From an uncultured archaeon (GTDB lineage: Archaea; Asgardarchaeota; Heimdallarchaeia; Heimdallarchaeales; Kariarchaeaceae), in the NCBI GenBank assembly GCA_964645535.1, contig CAZYCQ010000006.1, positions 37,583 to 101,582 on the forward strand: a stretch of 64,000 nucleotides of DNA. Direction: 5' to 3'. Shown here one piece after another: positions 28,397 to 38,404 of this stretch (position 1 is its first letter; each line of letters opens with the position of its first letter). The translations under genes and the position numbers were made by a program. The notes beneath the pieces are model-generated. The model was given only the letters and a program-made list of their open reading frames with translations. It did not search any database and was not told the origin of the DNA.

Positions 28397-29775
28397 TCCC
28401 TATGTCGTTCAATAATCTGTTCCACGCTTCTTTTAAGGGAATTTAACCTCTCTTTGGTTTGGGCTTCAATCCTGTAGGATAACTTAGATTCGGTATTGCT
28501 ACTACGAACCAAGAACCATCCATCTTTGAACTCCGCACGGATGCCATCTATTTCCAAAAGGTCAGCCCCATTTGCTATGGCAAATTCACGGAGCTCATCG
28601 AAGATACCTTCATGCCTGGCTCGTTCGATCTTCAGTCTGATTTCTGGTGATGAATGATAGGTGGGATACTGATTCCTTATGGCATCAAAATCCAAGCCAG
28701 AAGATTTCATCTCTGAGAAGATTTTAAGGAAACGAATAGCGCTGTAAAGACCATCGTCGAATCCAAAATAATCATCGTTGAAATAATAATGACATGACAG
28801 TTCTCCAGCAAGGTCAAAATTTTCTTCAAGAACTAGTTCTTGGATATATGAATGTCCAACTTTAGAAAGCCTGCATATCCCACCCTTTTTTTCGATGTAT
28901 TCTGAAGTTGCCTTGCTGATTTTTACATCGAGAACAACTGAAGGGGATTTGACTTTGAGAATATCATCAAAAAACATCATCATCACTAAATCAGGAGAGA
29001 TAATGTTCCCATCCGGTCCCATAAAACCAACTCTGTCGCCATCACCATCAAAAACTATTGCAAGCTCTGCATCATTGGATTCAATGAATTTTTTCACGAA
29101 TTCATAGGATTTTTCCTTTGTAGGATCTGGATTCAGAATTGGAAAATTCCCTTTTGGCTCTTCATGGAGGTGTTTCGCTTCAAAAGGCAATACTTCTCGA
29201 AATCTTCCAGTGCACCCATTTCCGTATTCAACAACCAGATTTAGGGGAGAGATTGACTTTGCGGTTTCTTTCAGGAAGGAGAAGTAGGCGTCCTGCAATT
29301 CTATATCGATTTTATGGGTTCCTTTGGATTGGTTGCCTGCTTCCATTTTTTTTCTTTTGAAATCTTTTTTAGTCAATTGGATTTTGGTTTCAATTGCATT
29401 GAAGAAATTTTCATAGCTGAGGGAAACACCGTCTTCATTGCAAACTTTGAACCCATTAAACTCAGGAGGGTTATGTGAAGCTGTAATCGCGATACCTAGG
29501 TCAAAGGATTTTGAGTTGGCCAACGTGAAATACAACATTGGAGTGGGCCCCATCCCAATATCAACAGTGTTTACACCCATTTCATTCAAACCCTTACAAA
29601 GAGCTTCTTTTAGCTTAGGGGTAGACTCTCGAGCATCTCCAGAAACAACAACAGAACCTTGGAAACCAAGATAATCTGCCAATGTCCATCCGAGCTTTTC
29701 TGCAAATCCCTCATTGATTTCATCAGGGAAAATCCCTCTGATATCGTTTGCAAGGAAAATTTTAGAATTTTTCAA
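28393..29775 (-). CDS. Phosphomannomutase/phosphoglucomutase
   Basis: DIRG, TASHNP, DGDGDR, GELSCH, RSSNTE. Confidence 0.9.
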   Translation of the reverse strand: MKNSKIFLANDIRGIFPDEINEGFAEKLGWTLADYLGFQGSVVVSGDARESTPKLKEALCKGLNEMGVNTVDIGMGPTPMLYFTLANSKSFDLGIAITASHNPPEFNGFKVCNEDGVSLSYENFFNAIETKIQLTKKDFKRKKMEAGNQSKGTHKIDIELQDAYFSFLKETAKSISPLNLVVEYGNGCTGRFREVLPFEAKHLHEEPKGNFPILNPDPTKEKSYEFVKKFIESNDAELAIVFDGDGDRVGFMGPDGNIISPDLVMMMFFDDILKVKSPSVVLDVKISKATSEYIEKKGGICRLSKVGHSYIQELVLEENFDLAGELSCHYYFNDDYFGFDDGLYSAIRFLKIFSEMKSSGLDFDAIRNQYPTYHSSPEIRLKIERARHEGIFDELREFAIANGADLLEIDGIRAEFKDGWFLVRSSNTESKLSYRIEAQTKERLNSLKRSVEQIIERHRD

Positions 29776-29866
29776 CGTGTTAACTGATTACTTCCGGTTT
29801 TATTATTTTTCGAAACCTTCTGGACTGCACCGCCATAATTATTTAACGTTTAGCACCTATTGGGGT

Positions 29867-31285
29867 ATGAACAATTCAGGATCCTTGAGATTTCATTTCT
29901 CCACAACAGGGATCAGAGGAAATGTTTCAAAGGACTTAACCCCACAATTTTGCTTTGAAGCAGGACGTGCAATTGCCAATTGGGCAAAAACACATATGAT
30001 CGAGAATCCAAAGGTCCTTATCGGGAGGGACTATCGGTTTTCATCGGATTTAATATTATCATCCTTATTGTCTGGACTGCTTGCAGAAGGACTTAATGTG
30101 AACATCATAGAAGATCAGGCCCCTACCCCGGCGATAATACAGTATTTATTGGAGAAATCCTATGATATCGCAATAATCGTGACTGGAAGTCATCTTCCCC
30201 CTGAAGACAATGGGATTATTTTGGTTGACGGAAAAGGCAATTATTTCAGAGGAATTTTGGAATCAATGCCAGAATCAGGAAATGTTTCATGGTCTGAATT
30301 CGGTTCTTTTGGTCTGGTGCACGATTATTTATCCACATATCTCAGTCATCTAAGAGAATTTGCATCACAATTGCAATTAACAAAACAGGATCTAAGAATC
30401 TTTTTAGATCCAGTTGGCGGGCCGATGGCAAAACCTCTTTCCAAGATCTTACAGGAGTATGTTGAGGACGTTGTTGGGATTAATCTGGATCCAAATCCCA
30501 AAATTGATTTCAGACCATCGGAACCGAAGCCGGAAACTCTTGTGAAAACGTTGGATTATTTCAAAGGTGGAATCTTTGATCTAGGGATCACAACTGATTT
30601 TGATGGAGACAGGGTCATTTTCATTACCCCTTCAGGAAGAATCCTTACTGGAGATTATATTGGGGCGGTTATTGCAAAATACTTTTGGGAACTTGATTCT
30701 TCAAGCAAGGTTGTAATTCCAATCAATACATCTGCAATAATTTCAGACCTTTCCAAAAAAATGAATACAAAATTTGTTTATTGTCAGGTGGGAGCACCCA
30801 AAATCATCGAGAAAATGAAGGAAACGGACGCGATTTTTGGGTTTGAGGAGACAGGGAAGTACTTTTTCAGAGATTTCTGCCTTTATCCAGACAGTGCTGT
30901 TACATCATTGTTTTTGCTTCATATTCTGCAACAAACAGGTCAAACCTTAGACGATTTGATACAAGAATTACCTACCTATTTCCAATTGAAAACCAAGACA
31001 CCCTCAGCTCGCGAAACCTCAGACGTACTAATGAAAAGATTGGAATTGGATCTAGACGATCTCGTTTCATCTCTTGGTGATGGGGTTGAGATCATTCAAA
31101 TCCACAAATTGGATGGTCTTAGGATAGATTTCTCAGATGGGTCATGGCTCCTTCTCAGGCAATCAGGAACTGAAGACAATTTAAGAGTCTTTTCCGAAAG
31201 CAAATCAGAAGAAATAGCTAAAATGCTGAATGACAAAGGTTTGGCATATGTCAAACAAAAACAAAAGGAACTTAAATTGCTCTAG
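29867..31285 (+). CDS. Phosphohexomutase family (GlmM/phosphopentomutase-like)
   Basis: FSTTGIRG, TGSHLP, DFDGDR, RQSGTE; start moved to ATG 29867. Confidence 0.85.
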   Translation: MNNSGSLRFHFSTTGIRGNVSKDLTPQFCFEAGRAIANWAKTHMIENPKVLIGRDYRFSSDLILSSLLSGLLAEGLNVNIIEDQAPTPAIIQYLLEKSYDIAIIVTGSHLPPEDNGIILVDGKGNYFRGILESMPESGNVSWSEFGSFGLVHDYLSTYLSHLREFASQLQLTKQDLRIFLDPVGGPMAKPLSKILQEYVEDVVGINLDPNPKIDFRPSEPKPETLVKTLDYFKGGIFDLGITTDFDGDRVIFITPSGRILTGDYIGAVIAKYFWELDSSSKVVIPINTSAIISDLSKKMNTKFVYCQVGAPKIIEKMKETDAIFGFEETGKYFFRDFCLYPDSAVTSLFLLHILQQTGQTLDDLIQELPTYFQLKTKTPSARETSDVLMKRLELDLDDLVSSLGDGVEIIQIHKLDGLRIDFSDGSWLLLRQSGTEDNLRVFSESKSEEIAKMLNDKGLAYVKQKQKELKLL

Positions 31286-31856
31286 TGTTTGAATATTTCA
31301 TTGATTTTTTGAGAGTATCATCTATTTCGTCAAACAAGTCCTCAATTTTTGGGATGTATTCCTGAACATAGTCCTGCAGTCTTGAGAAATCGAGGAGATA
31401 ATCCTCAAGTGATTTAAGGACATCTTCCTTGGCCGTTTCCTCATCATCCTCTTCAAATAGGTCGGTCAATTCTTGTTCGATTGCAATTAAATCATCTCTT
31501 AGCTTGTTTTGCATTGTTTCCTGATCTCTTAGGATTTCCAGTATTTTCTCATGAGTTTTATCCGCGAAATCCCAGCCATCCATATTCTGGATTATTTCAT
31601 CCATTTTCACCTGAAGTTCCTGAAGATTAAATAATAAATTATCGATTTCCTCAAACACAGGTTGAGTTCCTTTCCGGATCTCATCCACTGACGTTCCATT
31701 GGTCAATCCCTTGACTTTGGGAACTAGGTCAGCCTTGGTTAGGAGGGCAAGCTCACTTACCGTTTGTCCATATTTGTCTTGGACCTCCTTAAGTTCTCGC
31801 CTCACCGTTACAACTTCATTGAGCAGAAGATCGGATTTCCTCATGTTGTTCTGCAT
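31272..31856 (-). CDS. Acidic all-helical/coiled-coil hypothetical protein
   Basis: E/D/L-rich heptad pattern, 194 aa. Confidence 0.6.
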   Translation of the reverse strand: MQNNMRKSDLLLNEVVTVRRELKEVQDKYGQTVSELALLTKADLVPKVKGLTNGTSVDEIRKGTQPVFEEIDNLLFNLQELQVKMDEIIQNMDGWDFADKTHEKILEILRDQETMQNKLRDDLIAIEQELTDLFEEDDEETAKEDVLKSLEDYLLDFSRLQDYVQEYIPKIEDLFDEIDDTLKKSMKYSNTRAI

Positions 31857-32154
31857 AATAATCTCCTCTCCATCATTTAGATGGGATTCAAAAAATTACA
31901 GAAATATCCAAATCAAGGCCTTTGATTAAGAAGCTAAAAGTTGCATTCATTAATTCCACATCCATTGAATCCTGATTGGATATTTCTACAGATATTATAT
32001 TGACATAATCCTATAAAAATAAGTTGGAACGCGAAACCAGAGAAGAGAGGAAACACGGTGAATTTTCATTCGGATATTCGAAAATAATTGACTGGTTTCA
32101 GGATAACCAAACGAATAGAATAAATGTCTCTAAATAGAAACACTTCATATTGCC

Positions 32155-33804
32155 ATGAAGATGCAAGACTTCGACTTTGAAATAGCTCCCGTCATATCGG
32201 TTTCACGGGAGGAAATGCAGGGAATTGAATTCAACGAATATTTGAAAGGAATTTCCCCCTATGAATTGATGAAACGGGCTGCCAAAGCTTTTGCAGACCA
32301 AATTCTTGAGACTGTGGAAGGCAAAAAGGTGGTTTTCCTTGTTTCAGGAGGAAACAATGGCGGGGATGGAATTGAAGCGTTCCATCTCTTGTATGAACGG
32401 ATCGATGGATGTTTAATCCAAACAGATCCTCGAGGAATGAAATCCACAGAAGCACGGCAGGTCATCAGTGAAATGGTTGAGGGGATTGGGAATCCCCGCC
32501 TAGATGAGCGCCAACAGAATTGGTTTACAGGAAACTCAAGGCTCAAGGTTCTCGGCAAGGCAGAAAACCTTCCAAAACCCGAAATGTGGGAAGAGCTTGA
32601 ACTTTCCAATCTTGAGGAACTGCTTGCAAATGCTGAAGTGATAATAGATGCCTTGTTCGGTTTGAACCTTAGGACTCAAGTAAGAGAACCGTTTGATGAA
32701 ATAATTGGATTGATCGGCTCCATAAAGACCACACATCCTGAGAAGGTCGTGATATCCTTGGATTTGCCGTCAGGACTTGATGCAAATACAGGGGAATGGC
32801 ATGCACCCAAGTTCAAACCTGATTTGACAGTAACCTTCCAATATCCAAAACATGGTCATCTATTGGCAGGACTGAATCCGATAGTAGTCAGTATTGGAAT
32901 TCCGGAAGAAAGCATGGTATGGGTTAATACAGGCTTGTTCCTTTCACATTGGCCTCGACGGAATCCCAATAGTCATAAGGGAATGAATGGTAGACTTCTG
33001 GTTATTGGAGGGTCTGATGAGTTTACAGGGGCTCCGCTATTAAGCAGTATGGCTGCTTTGAGAGCGGGTATTGATACCGTTCGAGTGGCAATACCTGAGA
33101 AAATCCGGGACATACTTGCTTCACAAACCAAAGATCTTCTTTTGTTCAAATTGAGGTCAGATACGCATTCTCCCAAGCACATCAAGGTTCTGAAGGACTT
33201 AGCCCTTAAACGCCATGATTCTGTAGTCATTGGAATGGGGTTGTCAAACAAGCCGCCAGTTTACAAATTTGTCCGTGAATATTTCAAACAAATCCGAGAT
33301 CAAAATGTCCAGATCATTCTAGATGCAGACGCAATCAGGGCATTCAGAGAGGGTACTGATGATTTGAAAAACTCAAATGCCATCATTACCCCCCATCGGG
33401 CAGAGTTTAGGTATATGCTTAAGGAAGAGATTCCAGTGGATTTCCAAGAGTTGATTACATTCACGGAAAATGTTGCTTCAAGGCTTGGGATCACCATTGT
33501 TCTAAAGGGGTCAATTGATATCATTACCAATGGAACTAGAACGTTCCTAAATAAAACAGGGCATCCAGGAATGACGGTAGGAGGAACTGGAGATGTCCTT
33601 GCTGGCCTAATCGGTGCCTTTACAACCCTGATAAAAGATACCGTCCAAGCAGCTGCTCTTGCCTGTTATGTTATGGGTCTTAGTGGTGAGAAAGTGGCGG
33701 AGGTGTATGGGAATGGCCTCGTTGCTTCGGACATAATCCCACAAATTGCAAAAACCATTCTTGGTCTAGAAAAGAGGAGAGAAGAACTCATTTACCGCCC
33801 TTAG
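32155..33804 (+). CDS. nnr: Bifunctional NAD(P)HX epimerase/dehydratase
   Basis: GNNGGDG, DALFG, DLPSG, HKG..G.LLVIGGS, DADA, TPH, GGTGDVLAG. Confidence 0.92.
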   Translation: MKMQDFDFEIAPVISVSREEMQGIEFNEYLKGISPYELMKRAAKAFADQILETVEGKKVVFLVSGGNNGGDGIEAFHLLYERIDGCLIQTDPRGMKSTEARQVISEMVEGIGNPRLDERQQNWFTGNSRLKVLGKAENLPKPEMWEELELSNLEELLANAEVIIDALFGLNLRTQVREPFDEIIGLIGSIKTTHPEKVVISLDLPSGLDANTGEWHAPKFKPDLTVTFQYPKHGHLLAGLNPIVVSIGIPEESMVWVNTGLFLSHWPRRNPNSHKGMNGRLLVIGGSDEFTGAPLLSSMAALRAGIDTVRVAIPEKIRDILASQTKDLLLFKLRSDTHSPKHIKVLKDLALKRHDSVVIGMGLSNKPPVYKFVREYFKQIRDQNVQIILDADAIRAFREGTDDLKNSNAIITPHRAEFRYMLKEEIPVDFQELITFTENVASRLGITIVLKGSIDIITNGTRTFLNKTGHPGMTVGGTGDVLAGLIGAFTTLIKDTVQAAALACYVMGLSGEKVAEVYGNGLVASDIIPQIAKTILGLEKRREELIYRP

Positions 33805-34615
33805 TTTTCTTCTTTGATCTTTTCTTGGCAGATTTCGTTTTTGAGGAAAATTGTTTCACTCTTTTTGAGGATGTCAATTTTTTGACTGCCTCATTGTTTT
33901 CAATATGAAGACGAGCTACAAGAAAGAAGAAATCAAGAAATTTGGGTATCATATTAATCTTGTCGGTAGGAAGAGTAAAAGTCATTTGAAGATGAGGATC
34001 TGTTGATTCCTTTGCGGGTTGGATCGAAAGAAGATCAAGGTAGGGTTCCAATGATTTTGCCTTTCCTAGGAATTCTTCATTTGTGGCAAAATGGCGAATT
34101 TCCATGGGCAAATTAGCCTTAATCATGTAAAGTTTATCGACAGCGGGATTGTCAGTTGGAACATCCTCCATTTGCACGTAAACTTCAAAGTTTCTTCGAA
34201 TAAGTCCCTTGTTCCGATATGGCACAAAATAAAATCTGTATGCAGGATCAATATCAATTCCGGCTTCTCTGAACTTGACACCGATGAACAATTTCTCCTT
34301 TCCTTTAATGAGCTTGTTCAGAAGCACGTTAGTTGCAAAGGTTTGGTTGATCATGGTATAATTCAAGGTTTGGACTCCAATCTGCTTTCGATTGGGAACA
34401 CATCGAAATTCAATCACTTCAGGTTTCAAATCTACAGTCGTTATCTCTTTTGCATAGGGATTTAGTGCCTTTTCAACATGTTCAACAACGAGAGCCCTTC
34501 GTTTGGAAGTATATTTCTTTCCCAGATACATATTTCCAATGAGGAAAACCACGAAAAACAAAAACGGAAGCATTGCAACTATTATTGCCAGCACAGTGTC
34601 AGCGGTACTCGCCAT
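33788..34615 (-). CDS. Single-pass membrane protein resembling CCDC47/DUF1682
   Basis: N-terminal TM followed by GKK, alpha/beta domain and Lys-rich tail; resemblance judged by eye. Confidence 0.5.
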   Translation of the reverse strand: MASTADTVLAIIVAMLPFLFFVVFLIGNMYLGKKYTSKRRALVVEHVEKALNPYAKEITTVDLKPEVIEFRCVPNRKQIGVQTLNYTMINQTFATNVLLNKLIKGKEKLFIGVKFREAGIDIDPAYRFYFVPYRNKGLIRRNFEVYVQMEDVPTDNPAVDKLYMIKANLPMEIRHFATNEEFLGKAKSLEPYLDLLSIQPAKESTDPHLQMTFTLPTDKINMIPKFLDFFFLVARLHIENNEAVKKLTSSKRVKQFSSKTKSAKKRSKKKTKGGK

Positions 34616-34746
34616 AGGAGTATGTTGAAAGTTGTAGTTTTCAATCCTTTCTTAATGTCTCAGTCAAAAATTCCAAGAAAGGTCTTTTGATCGATTCTCC
34701 CGTGAATTTGGAAACGACTTAAATTGTTCTGATATTCTAAGACATT

Positions 34747-35427
34747 GTGGCAGATCAGTTCTCTTTGGATTCGATCATTCCAGAAATGATGGGAAAAACC
34801 TTTGGACTTTACGCTGATATTACCTATACAAGGGATTTCCTTATTCGTGACTTTATACTGAATGGGCTTGAGGATAACGGAGTCATTTGCATTGTAACAT
34901 TAACTCAAGGGGCAAACAAGGTAATTGACGAATTGAGCTCCATCTCTGATGATGCAGCGATGATCGTGAATGAAGCCATTCTTAATGAAAGGTTGCAAAT
35001 TGTCGACATGTATTCTTTCAGAAGTGGAATCCCTGAGGAGATAGCTCCAGGCACCTACTATCTTGAGACTGCATCAGACCTAACCTCCCTTTCCATCCAG
35101 TTGAATAAGATTTCCTCAATCTTTGATAAACTTCGGATTGTGATAAATCCTCTCAGTCTCCTTGCGGTATATGCCCCTTCAGGATCATTGTTGAATTTTC
35201 TTCAAACCCTTTCTGCACGAGTCACCAAAAGAAACCAGACTTGCCTCCTCATATTGGATAGTGGAGTGATTGAGCCAGTGGAGCTTTCGAAAATTGAATC
35301 TGTTCTGGATGGAATGATCGAATTACAAAGAGACGAAAGTCTGGGCAAATTTGGTGAAAAATTCAGGATAAAGTTCATGAGAGGATTAAGGGACACCCCT
35401 TATTTTGATTGGACTTTAGTTGCCTGA
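34747..35427 (+). CDS. KaiC/RecA-like domain protein without Walker A
   Basis: VDMYS, DLTSLSI, RIVINPLS, ESVLDGMIEL, IKFMRG; no GxxGxGK. Confidence 0.65.
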   Translation: MADQFSLDSIIPEMMGKTFGLYADITYTRDFLIRDFILNGLEDNGVICIVTLTQGANKVIDELSSISDDAAMIVNEAILNERLQIVDMYSFRSGIPEEIAPGTYYLETASDLTSLSIQLNKISSIFDKLRIVINPLSLLAVYAPSGSLLNFLQTLSARVTKRNQTCLLILDSGVIEPVELSKIESVLDGMIELQRDESLGKFGEKFRIKFMRGLRDTPYFDWTLVA

Positions 35428-36969
35428 AGATTTCCAAGGTTTTCTTTTGAGGACAACATATGTTGCGAAAAGCAGATAACCGCCAAGATTGTTGAAAATC
35501 AATGTTTGGAAGAAATTTTCGGTTATCACTAAATTGACATTTGCGAAAATACGGAGATTTTGATTTGCAAAACCAACAATGCCATGATACTGAGAAATCT
35601 TTACATTGCTGGAAACCTCAACCTTTAAAGAATAGGAGGTTGTCTCTCCCTGCTTCAATATCAATTTTTCATTTTGTTGGGATCCATGTATGAGTTGCGA
35701 ACCCACTGCATCTGCAAAAGGAGTCAATTCAAGCAATGGAACAGGTCCTGAAAGATATGTTATTTCCAATTCCACAGTGGCGCTTCTTCCTTTTTGGAAA
35801 TTGATCGTATTTGATTTCAAAGTGATTTCAATGTCAACCTGCTTGTTTTCAGGTACTACTGAAATAATTCCGTACTTAAATTGGGCAAACCAAAAATCAT
35901 TACCAGATAATTTCCCGAATTGAGCAGTTGGTTCATCACCCTCAGTCCTATATTCAATGATGGTGTCATGGTCGAGAACAGCAACAGAATCTTTGAAGTG
36001 TTCTACTGCCCACACTCGTTGCAACCTATCAATGTGTAAATCATTGATACCGGCAAGAATTATATTGTTTTCTGGTTTTGGAACATAATATTTCCTGTTT
36101 ACAGAAGCTGTATCTGGATCAAATTGGACAATCAAGTCGCCACCATGGGATCCAGACCAGAGTTTACCATTTCCATCAATTACGACACCAACAGGTGCGA
36201 TAAAGTCTGGATCGACAGGATATTTAATGATGGCACCGGTTTCAGGGGCATACCTAACAAGTAGATTGGTATAAGATTCAACGAACCAAATCTTTCCTTC
36301 ATGATCTTTCACTAATCCCAAAGGACCACATGTTTCTGCACAAACAATATCAATAATTGTAATCTCTTTTTTTTCAGGTTTCAGATATCCAATACTATTC
36401 CCTAACCAAAGACTGAACCAAATTCGATCCTCATCAACCAGAAGATCAAAAGGAGCAACAGAGCCACCATTGATTCTATAGGAATGATAAGTTAGGTTAT
36501 TGGGGAAAAAATGAACAATGTGGGTATCTGTATCATTGAATTTGTATGTGTAATCGGTTAACCAGATGGAACCATCATTTGCCATCTTTAATTTAAAAGG
36601 TGTTATTCCGGTGGGAAATTGATATTCAATTGCATTGCCTGTTTCCTTGTCTAAAAGATATAGAGAATTATCTTTGAGGATATTGAAAAAAAGATGAGTT
36701 GAGTTTATGGGAAGGACATCAAAAACTTGGTGTTCCTCTGAAAGGGAGTAATCCACCAGAAATTCTCGTTCGGTGATTGAAAGTTGTGGTTGATCTGAGA
36801 CAATTACCGAGCCAAATGTAAAATTTGTAACGTAGGTTTGTTTATTAAATGGAAAAATGTTTTCTTCTTTAGAGATTTTTTCAGGAGTTGCATGAGTTCT
36901 AATGGAATATTGTCCATGTGAAATAAAAAACAGAAGTAAAATAAAGCAAAACATGACTTGCCGGGACAT
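35416..36969 (-). CDS. Secreted, membrane-anchored Vgb/NHL-like beta-propeller protein
   Basis: Signal peptide, repeated P.gl..D..G.IWF blades, Ig-like segment, C-terminal TM plus KRK. Confidence 0.75.
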   Translation of the reverse strand: MSRQVMFCFILLLFFISHGQYSIRTHATPEKISKEENIFPFNKQTYVTNFTFGSVIVSDQPQLSITEREFLVDYSLSEEHQVFDVLPINSTHLFFNILKDNSLYLLDKETGNAIEYQFPTGITPFKLKMANDGSIWLTDYTYKFNDTDTHIVHFFPNNLTYHSYRINGGSVAPFDLLVDEDRIWFSLWLGNSIGYLKPEKKEITIIDIVCAETCGPLGLVKDHEGKIWFVESYTNLLVRYAPETGAIIKYPVDPDFIAPVGVVIDGNGKLWSGSHGGDLIVQFDPDTASVNRKYYVPKPENNIILAGINDLHIDRLQRVWAVEHFKDSVAVLDHDTIIEYRTEGDEPTAQFGKLSGNDFWFAQFKYGIISVVPENKQVDIEITLKSNTINFQKGRSATVELEITYLSGPVPLLELTPFADAVGSQLIHGSQQNEKLILKQGETTSYSLKVEVSSNVKISQYHGIVGFANQNLRIFANVNLVITENFFQTLIFNNLGGYLLFATYVVLKRKPWKSSGN

Positions 36970-37053
36970 AGGATTTCAATTTGTTTTAATAAAACAGATA
37001 TTTCTGTCTTTCCAAAGGCTAAATCATAAAAATCCTTTTGAAATGCTGTTATT

Positions 37054-37914
37054 ATGAAAGTTCTCCGGTATTTTCTGTTTCAAAGCAGTTTAATCACAAT
37101 TGCATTGATAAAAGTAGCTTCTGCGCATGGAGACATCCCGCATGGTGCAGAAACAGCAGAACCATCATTTCCGATCTTTGTTGCACTTGGAGCCGCCATC
37201 ATTTCAGGGGTGTTTCCTATCGTTTTTGGTTTTTTGGTTCCCCATTGGTTGCGTCAAGCAGATACCCTCCCCTTTTCATTAAAAGAGAATCTTGAGCCGT
37301 TGATGAGAGGAATGTCTTTTGGATTTCTCCTTTTCCTGTTCTATGATTTCGGTGTTCTTTCTAGTTTTGCAGGTCTAAATTCTTCAGATCTCGTGCTGAG
37401 AATCATTTTACCCTTAATTCTTTTTTCAGGCCTAGTCTTGATAGATTTACGTGCTTTGGGAAGGGAAGGAGAAAATATTTGGCTCTTCATCTGGTTATTT
37501 GGAATTGCATTCCATTCCACTGCAGAAGGAATAATAATGGGAGCAAACTTTCTGTTGCCTGAACCAGATGTCCTTAGATTTTTCCCAGCAATAAGTTTCA
37601 TCTTTCATAAGTTTGCAGAAGGCTTCATTGCAGGTGTCCTTTTAACTGATAAGAAGACAACAGAGAAGGGAATTATCATTAAGGGAACAATTGCATCTTC
37701 CTTTATTTTGATTGGGGTTTTAGGAGGATATTATAATATTCAAACTTTTGGGAGATATATTTCATATCTGTATACCATTACACTTGTGACTATCACATCA
37801 ACACTTTTCTACCTTGGGCAAAGAAGGAACAGTTCGGAAGACAAAACCTTTTTCAGGGGGTCAATCTTAGGAATCCTGTTGCTTTACCTGTTTACAATAC
37901 TGCATGAGGTGTAA
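37054..37914 (+). CDS. ZIP-family-like metal transporter
   Basis: FHSTAEG and FHKFAEG twin motifs in TM helices. Confidence 0.7.
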   Translation: MKVLRYFLFQSSLITIALIKVASAHGDIPHGAETAEPSFPIFVALGAAIISGVFPIVFGFLVPHWLRQADTLPFSLKENLEPLMRGMSFGFLLFLFYDFGVLSSFAGLNSSDLVLRIILPLILFSGLVLIDLRALGREGENIWLFIWLFGIAFHSTAEGIIMGANFLLPEPDVLRFFPAISFIFHKFAEGFIAGVLLTDKKTTEKGIIIKGTIASSFILIGVLGGYYNIQTFGRYISYLYTITLVTITSTLFYLGQRRNSSEDKTFFRGSILGILLLYLFTILHEV

Positions 37915-37917
37915 AAC

Positions 37918-38301
37918 TTGGTTCAGAAAAATTATCTCATATCATTTATCTTTGTCCTCCTATTCACAGGTTCAGTGTTTTTCCTAGGGTATTATGCAAA
38001 TCAGTCTTCTCAGGAACCATCTGAAGAGGTTACGATCCGGATTATCGCGAAGCAATTCGAATATGAACCTGAAAACATAACAGTATCATTCGGTGTGAAG
38101 GTGAAATTGATCCTCACCTCCGCAGATGTGGTTCATGGTTTCCAAATTGAAGAGTACAATATCAAGGACGTTCAAATCCGAAATGGTGAAGAAACCGTTG
38201 TTACATTTGTTGCGAACATCAGAGGAGAATTCATCTTTTTTTGTGACGTATTTTGTGGAGTCGGTCATGCAGACCATTGGGGAAGATTAAGAGTCGTATA
38301 A
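37918..38301 (+). CDS. Small membrane-anchored cupredoxin (CuA-like)
   Basis: DVVHGF and CDVFCGVGHADH. Confidence 0.85.
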   Translation: MVQKNYLISFIFVLLFTGSVFFLGYYANQSSQEPSEEVTIRIIAKQFEYEPENITVSFGVKVKLILTSADVVHGFQIEEYNIKDVQIRNGEETVVTFVANIRGEFIFFCDVFCGVGHADHWGRLRVV

Positions 38302-38404
38302 CTGAAAAGGATTTCCTTTAATGGTTTGCCGTATTTTGAAATGAAAGCAGTTAATTTATAAACACCTACACTTTTGATAGCTAAGACCCAATAGAGGTGA
38401 TTAC

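Noticed and set aside
31272-31856. ESCRT-III/Snf7 identity
   Set aside because: No basic N-terminal half or MIM-like tail recognised; only generic helical character
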